NCBI GenBank assembly: GCA_009693245.1
Contig: SHXO01000002.1
Location: 6,280-70,279, forward strand
DNA length: 64,000 bases
Direction of reading: 5' to 3'
Source: Betaproteobacteria bacterium
GTDB lineage: Bacteria > Pseudomonadota > Gammaproteobacteria > Burkholderiales > SHXO01
In this document: positions 54,541 through 64,000 of the stretch, in pieces
Layout of the letters: the number at the start of each line of letters is the position of its first letter
Position numbering within the stretch: position 1 is the stretch's first letter
The notes under the pieces: generated by a model
What the model was told of the DNA's origin: nothing
The model's input: the letters and a program-made list of their open reading frames with translations, nothing else
The model's database searches: none
Position numbers and translations under genes: made by a program

Positions 54541-55290
54541 CTATGCGCCAGGCTTGGACGCGGGCTTAGAGGTCTTGGCCACGGGTTTAGGCTTCGATGC
54601 AACTTCGGGTTTCGCTGGAGCTTGGGAGGTCTTGGTCCGCTCCTTGGCGATCAGGGCATCCACGATTTGAAAGAAGCGCTGCAAGCTGGGCTGGTTGTTC
54701 GGCCCAACAGCCATGGAGGGACCGGTCACGTACTTGCCCTGGATGGCCATCGCCGGCGTGAACATCACGCCATAGGTGCGCGCCATTTTCTTCGAGCGCT
54801 CCACTTTGGCATCCATGCCGAAAGAGTTGAAGGTCTGGGTAAATTTCTCGGCATCCACGCCTTGAGTGGCGACCCACTTCGTGATTTTTTCCGCGTCCCC
54901 CAGATCCTTGCCTTCACCGTGAATGGCATGGAAGACCTTGGAGTGCAGCTTCTCCGACAGTCCCATGGCTTCCAGGGTGTAGAAAAGACGGGCCAGTGGT
55001 GCCCAGCTATCGCGAAATATCAGCGGTACAGCTCTAAAAGTTACATCCTGCTGGCTCTGCAACCAACCGCGTAGCGGGCTCTCGAACTCGGCGCAATGGG
55101 GGCAGGCATAGGAAAAGAACTCGATGACTTCAACGCCCTTGCCCTGCGCGGGTTGCTCGGGGCTGATGAGCTTGTACTCCTTATCGGCTACAGGAGTCTG
55201 CGCGAATGCAGGCGGTGCAATGGCACAAAAAACTAGCAAGGCGAATGTTCGGTGAAGATGGCGCAACGCTCGGTTCATCGTACTCTCCAT
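54541..55290 (-). CDS. dsbA: Thiol:disulfide interchange protein DsbA
   Basis: EFFSYACPHC, signal peptide AFA, FTP cis-Pro loop. Confidence 0.9.
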   Translation of the reverse strand: MESTMNRALRHLHRTFALLVFCAIAPPAFAQTPVADKEYKLISPEQPAQGKGVEVIEFFSYACPHCAEFESPLRGWLQSQQDVTFRAVPLIFRDSWAPLARLFYTLEAMGLSEKLHSKVFHAIHGEGKDLGDAEKITKWVATQGVDAEKFTQTFNSFGMDAKVERSKKMARTYGVMFTPAMAIQGKYVTGPSMAVGPNNQPSLQRFFQIVDALIAKERTKTSQAPAKPEVASKPKPVAKTSKPASKPGA

Positions 55291-55303
55291 GGTTTGATCG
55301 AAT

Positions 55304-55897
55304 TTACTCTCTCGAGCGAATCATATTGGCTTGAATTTCCATTTCCTTGAGGGCGGCTTGCGCTACCTGCGCTTGTTCCGCGCTCTCGTAAGGCCCCAAC
55401 CGCACCCGGTGCCAAGTCTTATTGTCTGGCAGCTGGGAGGTTTTGATTTGCGCTTCCATTCCCGCTAATGCAAGGCGTGCTTTTAGGTTGTCCGCATCGG
55501 CTGAATTTTGGAATGCGCCAGCCTGCAAGAAAATACGCTCCTTGGCCGCGGCATCCTCTACGGGCTTGGCCGGCATGGGGTCTTGCTTGCCAGGCAGAAT
55601 TTCATAGAAATCGAACTTTGGTTTGGGTGTGGAATCCGTGCCGGCGGCCCCGCCTGAAGCGTTCGCGTTACCGGTTGCGCGAGCACCCTTGGGCGCCTCC
55701 ATGGGCTGGAGTTCCCTATGCGAAGCCGGAAGTTCCTTGAAGGGCGGCGCCGAACGATTGATGTAGAGCGCGAATCCGAAGGCTAGTCCCAATCCGAGGG
55801 CGAAACCAATGATGAGGCCAACGGAAAACGGATGCATCAGGCGCGCGCTTTTCCCACCGCCTGCTCCGGCCCCGCCTTTTTTGTAGTCCATGCTCAT
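55304..55897 (-). CDS. SPOR-domain cell division protein (FtsN-like)
   Basis: TM segment, FDFYEILP, LQAGAF, HRVRLGPY; argS-SPOR-dsbA synteny. Confidence 0.88.
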   Translation of the reverse strand: MSMDYKKGGAGAGGGKSARLMHPFSVGLIIGFALGLGLAFGFALYINRSAPPFKELPASHRELQPMEAPKGARATGNANASGGAAGTDSTPKPKFDFYEILPGKQDPMPAKPVEDAAAKERIFLQAGAFQNSADADNLKARLALAGMEAQIKTSQLPDNKTWHRVRLGPYESAEQAQVAQAALKEMEIQANMIRSRE

Positions 55898-55950
55898 AGG
55901 TGGAAGTTTACTGTGTGCGCGGGATGCCAGTGTAAACCGCGCGTAATGCG

Positions 55951-57714
55951 CTACATGCGCTCGGGCGCGGACACACCAAGCAACCGGAGACCGTTACGCA
56001 ATACCTGTCGCACGGCGGCGACCAGCGCGAGGCGCGCGAGCTTAACCGCTTCGTCCTCCACCAGGAAACGCGCCGAGTTGTAATAGCTATGAAACACACC
56101 AGCGAGATCCTTCAAGTAGAAGGCCATCGCATGGGGCGCTAAGTCCCGCGCGGCTTCTTCCAAGATATCGGAATAATCCATCATTGCGCGTATCAATCCG
56201 AACTCTTGCTCGGAATCCAAGGAACCGAGGCCGGCGCCCGGCAAGGCAGCGGGGTCGCCGCCCCACTCTTCCAACACCCGGCAAATACGGGCGTGTGCGT
56301 ACTGGATGTAATACACAGGATTATCGTTGCTCCGGGATTTCGCCAGATCCAGATCGAAGTCCAAATGCTGGTCGCTCTTGCGCGCGAGATAAAAGTAACG
56401 CGTGGCATCCAATCCTGCTTCTTCGTAGAGTTCCTCCAAGGTCACGTAGTTGCCGCTGCGCTTGCCCATGCGCACGGGCTCGCCGCCCCGGAAGAGCGCC
56501 ACCAACTGGATGAGCGGAACACTTAGCTTATCCGGCTCGTGGCCGAAGGCACTCAAGGCCGCCTTCACCCGCACAATATAGCCGTGATGATCCGCGCCCC
56601 ACACGTCGATGACGCGCTCGAACCCGCGTTCCAATTTCTCGTGATGGTAGGCGATGTCGGAGGCGAAATAGGTATAGAGCCCGTTCTCGCGTTGCACTAC
56701 GCGGTCTTTGTCGTCGCCAAACGCGGTGGAGCGAAACCAGGTGGCGCCATCCTTCTCGTACAAATGTCCTCTTTCACGCAACTTGTCCAAGGCGCGTGCG
56801 ACCTTGCCATCGTCGTAAAGGGATTGCTCGGAGTACCAGCGGTCGAACTGCACGCGGAAGCGGGACAAGACGCCGCGAATCTCCGCGATCTGCCGGTCGA
56901 GCGTGTGGCGCATCACCCGCTTGAAATCCTCGCCCAAGAGCGTCTTGGCATTGGCGATCAATTGGTCGAGGCGCGCTTCGCCCACCGCCTCTTGTTCCTT
57001 GTCCGAAGCGTTGGGGTTGGCCTCGGGCAGGGCTGCCATGACCTGAGCAGCGGCCCGCACGAACTTCTCGCCATGAAGATCCGCGAGTTCGCGCGCCCGC
57101 AGAGCCACGTAATCTCCTTGGTAGGCGTTGGGCGGAAATGGCACGCTCACTCCGCGCTGCCCGAGATAGCGTAGCCACACCGAGAGGACCAGCACATCCA
57201 CTTGCCGGCCGGCGTCATTGATGTAGTACTCGCGCTGCACGTCATAGCCCGCGGCTTGCAGCATGCTGGCAAGGCTATCGCCGTAGGCCGCGCCGCGCCC
57301 GTGCCCAACGTGCAACGGCCCCGTGGGATTGGCGGATACAAATTCCACTTGCACCTTCCTGCCTCCGCCTACATCGATACGGCCGTAGTCATCTCCCTGC
57401 GCAAGCACATGCCCAACCACCGAGCGCTTGGCCCCGGCCTTCAAGAACAAATTGATGAATCCGTCTCCAGCCACCTCCGCGCGTTCCAGCAACTCTGAGG
57501 CAGGCAACGCGCCGGCGATCGCGCCTGCAAGCTCGCGCGGATTGCGCTTCGCCGTCTTGGCCATTTGCATGGCGATGGAACAGGAGAAGTCGCCGTGCCC
57601 GGCCTGCTTGGTCCGTCCCAAGGTCACGGGAGGATGAGCCGGATTACCGAGTGCTTGCGCGACAGCCGCGACGATGAGCGAAACCAACTCGCTCTTGATG
57701 TCAGCGTGAATCAT
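55951..57714 (-). CDS. argS: Arginyl-tRNA synthetase
   Basis: EFVSANPTGPLHVGHGR, WGADHHGY, YIQYAHAR, APERM. Confidence 0.98.
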   Translation of the reverse strand: MIHADIKSELVSLIVAAVAQALGNPAHPPVTLGRTKQAGHGDFSCSIAMQMAKTAKRNPRELAGAIAGALPASELLERAEVAGDGFINLFLKAGAKRSVVGHVLAQGDDYGRIDVGGGRKVQVEFVSANPTGPLHVGHGRGAAYGDSLASMLQAAGYDVQREYYINDAGRQVDVLVLSVWLRYLGQRGVSVPFPPNAYQGDYVALRARELADLHGEKFVRAAAQVMAALPEANPNASDKEQEAVGEARLDQLIANAKTLLGEDFKRVMRHTLDRQIAEIRGVLSRFRVQFDRWYSEQSLYDDGKVARALDKLRERGHLYEKDGATWFRSTAFGDDKDRVVQRENGLYTYFASDIAYHHEKLERGFERVIDVWGADHHGYIVRVKAALSAFGHEPDKLSVPLIQLVALFRGGEPVRMGKRSGNYVTLEELYEEAGLDATRYFYLARKSDQHLDFDLDLAKSRSNDNPVYYIQYAHARICRVLEEWGGDPAALPGAGLGSLDSEQEFGLIRAMMDYSDILEEAARDLAPHAMAFYLKDLAGVFHSYYNSARFLVEDEAVKLARLALVAAVRQVLRNGLRLLGVSAPERM

Positions 57715-57769
57715 GGAAATTCAAAGGGCAGGACTGGAAGGCAACGCGGGCGCGCATTATAAGCCGCCA

Positions 57770-59947
57770 TCAAACACTTCTCGGATCCACATCGAGATGC
57801 CAGCGCACTTGGTTGCCGCCATGTTCCGCCAGCCAGGGGCGCCACTTGCCCAGCAAGGTTTGCAAGGCCGCTCGCGATGCCGACTGCACGAGAAGCTGGC
57901 CGCGCTCCTTCCCGGCAATGCGCGCCATGGGCGCGGGCACCGGGTCGAATACTTCCACCTCCGGTGCTTGCTCCTTGCAATTGCTCGCCGCCAAGGCAAG
58001 GAAGGAGTCGACCGCTGGCCGCTCGGCGGCTTCCGCGCGCAGTAATGCTTGATAACTATAGGGAGGAAATTGCGTGGCTCTTCTATCTTCCAGCAGCGCG
58101 TTGGCGAAACCCTCGTAATCTTGCCGCTCGGCGGCGGCGTAGATGGGATGATGCGGAAAATCCGTCTGTATCATGACCTCGCCGGGAATGCTCGCGCGCC
58201 CCGCCCTTCCCGACACCTGGATGAGCAGGGCAAACAGGCGCTCGGCCGCGCGAAAATCCGTGCTGAAGAGTGCCGCGTCGGGATTCACGATACCCACCAA
58301 GGTCAGATTCGGAAAGTCATGGCCTTTCGCGAGCATCTGAGTACCCACCAGAATATCCACTTGTTGCGCGTGCACCAGATCGCGCAAAGTGGCGAAGGCG
58401 TGCTTGCGCTGGGTGGTGTCCCGGTCCACGCGCGCGATACGCGCCGAGGGAAATACGCGGGCCAATTCCAGTTCGAGGCGCTGGGTACCATGCCCGCGCG
58501 GCCGTAAGTCTTGATTGCCACAACCTTCGCACGCGTGCGGCACGCGCTCCTGGTGGCCGCAATAGTGGCAGCGCAGTTGCGTGGTCTTGGAGTGGAACAC
58601 CAAGCGCGCGGAACAACGAATGCACTGCGCCATCCACCCGCAGGCATAGCACAGCAGAGCGGGCGAGTAACCGCGCCGGTTGATGAAAATGAGGCTTTGT
58701 TCTTGGTTCGCGAGCCGTTGGGATAGAGCCCGGAGTAAAGGCTCGCTCAAACCTTCTTTCAGTTGCAGTTGCCGGGTATCCACGCACTTGACCTTGGGCG
58801 GCTGCGCCGCCGCGCGAAAGGGTAGCCGCAAGAGCTCGTGGCGCCCGGCTTGCGCGCGGGCGTAGGACTCCAGAGACGGCGTAGCCGAGGCCAGCAGCAC
58901 CGGCACATTGCGGCGCCGCGCGCGTACGAGAGACAAGTCGCGCGCGTGATAGCGCAACCCCTCCTCCTGCTTGAAGGATTCGTCGTGCTCTTCATCCACG
59001 ATGATGAGCTCCAGATTGGGGAGCGCGGAGAACACGGCCAGCCGCGTGCCCAACACGATGCGAGCCTCTCCGCTGTACGCCAAGCGCCAGCGGGCAAGCC
59101 GTTCCGTGTCGGATAGATCGCTGTGCAGGCTCGCGATGCGCACTCGGGGGAAACGCTCCCGCACGCGCGCATCGAGCTGCGGGGTGAGGTTGATCTCGGG
59201 CACGAGCATCAGCGCTTGCCCGCCCCGGCGCACGACGTCCGCGATGAGCTGCAAATAGACTTCGGTCTTGCCGCTACCGGTAATGCCCAGCAGCAAGAAA
59301 CTCGCGAAGCTCCCGAACTTGCCGCGCACCGCCGCCACCGCCGCTGCTTGGTCCTGCGTCAAGGAATGGCCCCCGGAGGTTTGAATATCCTGCTCGGGTG
59401 CCGGCACCGGCGGCCCGAATTCGATCCATCCGCGTTCCTCCAAGGGCTTGAGCCACGCACGCGCCGCGGGGAGCGCCGCCCGCACCTTGCTTTCGAGCAC
59501 GGACGCACGCTCGCCAATGAATTCCAGCAAGGTTCGTTGTTGTTTATGACGCGCGGGAATACGCAATAGCGCTTCGCGTCCCGCCTGCGTTGTCATCACC
59601 GTGCGATCTACAGGGTCCGGCGCGCTGCGTGCGTTACGCAGTTTTGGAGGCAGTGCCAGCATGACGATCTGCCCCAAGGGATAGTGGTAATAGCCCGCGC
59701 AGAAGCGGCACAGTTCCAGCACGTCCGGCGGCAATACCGGCTCTTCGTGCAGCACCGCTTCCACGTGCTTGAGGCGGTTCGCTTCGATAACGGTTTCACC
59801 ACCCACTTCGACCACCACCCCCGTACGCCGGCCCGGGCCGAAGGGAACGATCACTCGCTGGCCAACGCTGGCCTGTTGAGAATCTTGCAGGCGGTAGTCG
59901 AATAAGCGGTCTAGGGGAACATCCAGGGCGACTCGAACCAACGGCAC
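57770..59947 (-). CDS. priA: Primosomal protein N'
   Basis: GITGSGKT, DEEH, SATP, four CxxC, GTQMLAKGHDF, QVSGRAGR. Confidence 0.97.
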   Translation of the reverse strand: MPLVRVALDVPLDRLFDYRLQDSQQASVGQRVIVPFGPGRRTGVVVEVGGETVIEANRLKHVEAVLHEEPVLPPDVLELCRFCAGYYHYPLGQIVMLALPPKLRNARSAPDPVDRTVMTTQAGREALLRIPARHKQQRTLLEFIGERASVLESKVRAALPAARAWLKPLEERGWIEFGPPVPAPEQDIQTSGGHSLTQDQAAAVAAVRGKFGSFASFLLLGITGSGKTEVYLQLIADVVRRGGQALMLVPEINLTPQLDARVRERFPRVRIASLHSDLSDTERLARWRLAYSGEARIVLGTRLAVFSALPNLELIIVDEEHDESFKQEEGLRYHARDLSLVRARRRNVPVLLASATPSLESYARAQAGRHELLRLPFRAAAQPPKVKCVDTRQLQLKEGLSEPLLRALSQRLANQEQSLIFINRRGYSPALLCYACGWMAQCIRCSARLVFHSKTTQLRCHYCGHQERVPHACEGCGNQDLRPRGHGTQRLELELARVFPSARIARVDRDTTQRKHAFATLRDLVHAQQVDILVGTQMLAKGHDFPNLTLVGIVNPDAALFSTDFRAAERLFALLIQVSGRAGRASIPGEVMIQTDFPHHPIYAAAERQDYEGFANALLEDRRATQFPPYSYQALLRAEAAERPAVDSFLALAASNCKEQAPEVEVFDPVPAPMARIAGKERGQLLVQSASRAALQTLLGKWRPWLAEHGGNQVRWHLDVDPRSV

Positions 59948-59961
59948 GGCTCAGCAAGATA

Positions 59962-60380
59962 TTGAAATGGAGTAGCAAGATTAGCAGGGAAGGCGCCCAC
60001 GACACTTACCGCCTCTGGGATACCGGCACATTTTTCGACTACCCGGGCAAACTCGAAAGACAATCTTTCGGCACCCCTGCTCGCACTTTGCTATTTCTGG
60101 CGCCCGGCCATCTGCGCGACTTGCAGGGATTCTCACGGCGGCTTCTGAGCGAGTGGTTTGCATTATTGCCCGATGGGGCGGTGCTAGCCGCCCACAACCA
60201 CCACGAGGCCGGCGGTGGCGTTTTCGACGAACTCCTGCGGCTCGCGTGGAGGAAGTGCCGCGCAACGCGCAGTTGATAGTCATCGGTCGCGCCCATGTTC
60301 CGCAGGAGTTGCTGCGCGCGTTCTCGGCCGGTCACCGCGGCCGAATCGGTTGGGAGGCCCTTCGACTGACCGCGCCCACC
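59962..60380 (+). pseudogene. Fragment of a MalT-like/AAA transcriptional regulator
   Basis: Two frames joined near 60248 give ...AVLAAHNHHE..FDELLRLA/EEVP..LIVIGR..P...IGWEALRLT, resembling the MalT NBD C-terminal region; no intact start or end. Confidence 0.45.
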
Positions 60381-60449
60381 GCAGCGGCAGCAGGAACCGG
60401 GCAGCTATTCCGAATCAATCAAGAAGTGGCCAGCCAGAATTCAACCATG

Positions 60450-61265
60450 CTACTTCTTCTTCAGCCGGATCTGCATCATGGCATCGGGATCGCTCACGCT
60501 GCTAAATGACCCATCGTCGTTGGCCGCGAGCGCGAGATCTTCGCCGTCGAAGGTGACTTTGACGCCCTGCGCGTGCTGCTTGTAGGTGCAAGGCCCCGTC
60601 ATCGGACCGAAAGAAATGTAGCACTTGCTGGCTGGCTGAAATTACAGTTTGACCGTCCCGTAGGCATTCTCCCAGTTTCCTTGCAGCTTCACCGCCGGGG
60701 GTTTTTCTGACGGGGCGTTTGAGGCGGACACGGATTTGTCTTTTTTCCTCGCCGGTTGTGCTGCACCGAGCAACGCGTTGCATTCGATCCATCCAATGGT
60801 GGTGGCGCTTGGCGTCTTCACTTGGCGCCAATTGCCATTGACCTTCACAACATTGCCGCTTTCCTTGAAGTTGCCATCCACCCAGCTCACGGGCTCGCCA
60901 ATCTTGATGGGCGCATTAGGCGTGCCGGCCTTTTGCACTAAACGCAACTTCTGAGTGTTCACCGGAACCTGTTTTCCGCTAGGTATCAACAGAAGGACAT
61001 AGCCGGGCGCATCCGGTTCAGCGATGACTTCCGCCAGCGTCGGTCCCATTCCAGTGGTCAATTCAACGAGGTCACCCACGCTCGCGCGGTTGGTTTGCGA
61101 TGCTGCCCAGGGTGAGATTGCGCAGAATGCTAACGCTACCGCCACGCGTACGGCTCTATTTTTCCGTGCTTGCTTCTCCCGCACAAGATTGGCGGCGCTT
61201 GGATGCGCCAAAAGGGATTGCTCGCACTCGCGAGCGCGGCTAACGAAAGCGGCACTAATGCGCAT
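60450..61265 (-). pseudogene. Exported hypothetical protein with internal stop
   Basis: Signal-like segment and SH3-like beta repeats; TAA at 60642-44 followed in frame by 63 more codons (FQPASKCYISFG...RLKKK*); start uncertain. Confidence 0.65.
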
Positions 61266-61426
61266 CGCTATCGGTTATCACTTTATCGCTGTCCCATCGA
61301 AGGGTCAATCCAATCCCTGGCTAGCGATAAGCCGCGCTCAACTCGTGCACGGGATTCCTGGCACCAGCCTATCTGCCAGGTTCAGGTCACTAACTTTCTT
61401 AAGAGCCGCATCGGTCACCCTGTTGT

Positions 61427-63103
61427 TCAGGCCGAAAATTCCCGCAACACTTGACCCGCCTTGGGCGCATCTCTGAGGATGCCATTCGCACCGGCAACGC
61501 GCCGGCCGTTGACCCACACTCCATGCACACCCGTCGCCGGTGTGGTCAATCGCGATCCGCCCGCCGGTAGATCGAACACGCGGCTGGAAGGCCCGCGCCC
61601 TATGGTCTTCGGATCGAACAACAGCAAGTCGGCGGGTTTTCCGATCGCGATGCTTCCGCGATCCTTCATGCCGAATAACGCGGCCGGTTCGGAAGTAAGT
61701 TTGCGCACCGTCTGTTCCAGCGGCATGAGCTTCTTCTCGCGCACCCAGTACCCCAGAACATGCAAGCCGAAACCGGCATCACACAAAAAGGTGAGGTGCG
61801 CGCCGGCGTCCGAGAGCGAGACGATGGCATTTTCGTCGCGCATCATCCTCCCCACCGCATCCTCGTCGGAATTGAGCAGCGTGGCGGTAAACAAGGTGTC
61901 GAGGTTTTATTCCATCGCCAAGTCGAGCATGACATCCACCGGATGCCCGCCCGCCTCTCGCGCGAGCGCGGCAATCGACTTGCCCTCATAGGCCGCATGT
62001 TTCGCATCGGCGACCTGGGCGACATGGGCTTTTTCCCATTCGCCGGTGAACATCCGCCGGCTGCGTTCTTCGAGTTCCTTCTTCAGCATGCCGCGCCAGG
62101 CGCGATCGGCGAGCGTGCTGCGAAAGGACTTCTCATCCATGGCCATTAGCGGCTGCCACACGCGCAAACCCTCGAACACGTAAGGTTCGTGCATGGTGAA
62201 CTCGAAATTCAGCGGGCAGGGAGACACCGCCCCATGCATCCTGTTGCCTCGCTTGCGAGCCGCCCGGATATTGCCGAGGTCTTCGAACGTGGCTTCCGGG
62301 GCGAGATTGGAATGCAGGAGCGCGGCAACCAGGTAGGGCCGGTTGGAGGCGGCGCATAAATTCTCGATCCAGGGCATCGGAGTATCCGCCGCCTTAGTCA
62401 TCATCAGCAAGCCCTTGCCGGCATCGCGCAAAGCCGCGGACAGGGTAGTCATTTCATGATCATCGGCCAAGCGCGAGGGCATTGGAATGCCGGCCTCGCC
62501 GTTATGCTGGCCAGAACGGGTGGTGGCGAAACCCACCGCGCCCGCCTCCATCGCCCCGGCTACGATTTTGCGCATGATTTTGACTTCATCGGCCGTGGCG
62601 GTGCGCTTCGGCGCATCCTCGCCCAGCACGAAGGTGCGCACGCTGGAATGACCAACAAAACACGCCACGTTCGGGCCGACGCCTTTTTTCTCCAGCATGT
62701 CCAGATACTGCGGATAGGACTCGAAGCCCCAGTCGATGCCAGCGCGCAGGGCATTGAGCGACATACCCTCGACGTGCGTCAGATTGCGCATGGTCAGATC
62801 GCGATCCGCCGGCCGGCACGGAGCGATGGTGAAGCCGCAATTGCCCATGACGATGGTCGTCACGCCCAGCGCGGGTGAAGGATTGGCAAGCGGGTCCCAG
62901 GTAATCTGCGCGTCGTAGTGCGTATGGGTATCGATGATGCCAGGCATCAGCGCCAGGCCACCGGCTTCCACAGACTGCACCGCGGCGCCTTCGACCCTGC
63001 CAATTGCGCAGATGTTTCCATCCTTGACCGCCACGCTGGCCTGTGCCGGCGCAGCACCTGAACCATCGTAAAGCGTGGCGTTGCGAATAATCAAATCATG
63101 CAT
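61427..63103 (-). pseudogene. N-acyl-D-amino-acid deacylase (amidohydrolase family) with internal stop
   Basis: PGIIDTHTHYDAQ, GNCG; TAA at 61907-09 (LAME*NLDTLF) then SDAGAH...ADLLLFDP in the same frame. Confidence 0.88.
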
Positions 63104-63210
63104 TTTGTTGGCCTTTGCTTTCGATTCAATGTGCGTTTTAAAATTATTCTCTGTCCATTGGAAAACACAAGCGAGCTCGCCACTCATCCCGCGCATGGCG
63201 CGGGAAGCGC

Positions 63211-64000
63211 TCACCGCATCAGCAACTCCCGGTATCCCCCCGCCGCCACGTCATCGCACCACTTGCGGTAGTCCGGTGCGCTGCCGCTGTAGCGGACGAT
63301 GCGGCGCACTTGCTTGCCCTCCACGTTCTGGTTGATACCGGTCATCCAGGAGTCCACTTCATTTGCGAGCAGTCCCTGCGCTTTCTGGTGGACGAAGCTT
63401 GTCCATTGCGCCACGGCTTGCGGCCGGGCATCCACTTGCGTCAGACCATGCTCGTGCAGGTAGCCGATCAGGTTGGTCACCCAACCGGCGTTGTATTCGA
63501 TACTGCGGGGGATGTTGCCTAGCGCGGTGTGCGGCCCCATCACCATGAACAGGTTGGGAAAGTCCTCCACCATCACGCCGACGAAGGTTGACGGCCCGTC
63601 CTTCCACTTGTCTTTCAGCCGCCGCCCGCCGGTGCCTCGGATGTCGATGCGATCGAAGCTGCCGGTGATCGCATCGAATCCCGTGGCATGGATGATCATG
63701 TCGAATTCGAAGTGCGCATCGCTCGTCTTGATGCCCATCGCGGTCACGCACTCGATTGGCGTTTTTAGGATGCTCACTAGCTGAACGTTAGGCTGATTGT
63801 AGACTTCGTAGTAGTGCGTTTCCTGCGGCACTCTGCGTGTGCCGAACCCGTGGTCAGCCGGGATCAGCATTTCGGCGATTTTCGGATCCTTCACCCGCTG
63901 GCGGATTTTCTTCGCGACGAAATCGGAGATTAATTTGTTGGCCGCCAGGTCGGTGAGGATGTCGCGGAAATTCCCCAGCCAGATGCCAAAGCCGGGCGAG
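63211..64000 (-). CDS. Baeyer-Villiger (cyclohexanone-type) flavin monooxygenase, 3' part
   Basis: FGTRRVP, ATGFDAITG, FPNLFMVMGP, DSWMTG.N.N; 5' end outside the window. Confidence 0.9.
   Translation of the reverse strand, partial: SPGFGIWLGNFRDILTDLAANKLISDFVAKKIRQRVKDPKIAEMLIPADHGFGTRRVPQETHYYEVYNQPNVQLVSILKTPIECVTAMGIKTSDAHFEFDMIIHATGFDAITGSFDRIDIRGTGGRRLKDKWKDGPSTFVGVMVEDFPNLFMVMGPHTALGNIPRSIEYNAGWVTNLIGYLHEHGLTQVDARPQAVAQWTSFVHQKAQGLLANEVDSWMTGINQNVEGKQVRRIVRYSGSAPDYRKWCDDVAAGGYRELLMR

Overview
GC-rich (roughly 60%) chromosomal segment, most likely from a betaproteobacterium (inferred from gene content and the argS-SPOR-dsbA-SDR and hemA-prfA-prmC synteny). The intact housekeeping genes are pgk (partial), gapA, glmS, glmU, groES/groEL with a CIRCE box, recQ, hemA-prfA-prmC, metH under a SAM-II riboswitch, mgtE, msrPQ, ald, dsbA, argS and priA. 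A sulfur cluster places methanethiol oxidase mtoX-SCO-mauG next to soxB and flavocytochrome c sulfide dehydrogenase. Many accessory genes are decaying. The most unusual signal is non-coding. Two classical mobile-element attachment sites each carry a partial duplicate of themselves plus the same TAACTTGGCC/GGCCAAGTTA hairpin: the glmS 3' end (the Tn7 TnsD target) and tRNA-Phe (flanked by a dead integrase). At tRNA-Phe the duplicate is a collinear 5'-half tRNA split by two structured inserts, one in the D-loop and one in the anticodon loop. Also notable are six in-frame TAA/TAG stops in accessory genes that all fit Glu-codon G>T changes, a frameshift that perfects a 30-bp palindrome, and a gene-poor stretch at 48.7-51.1 kb packed with several palindromic repeat families. 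All calls are by eye; no database searches were run.
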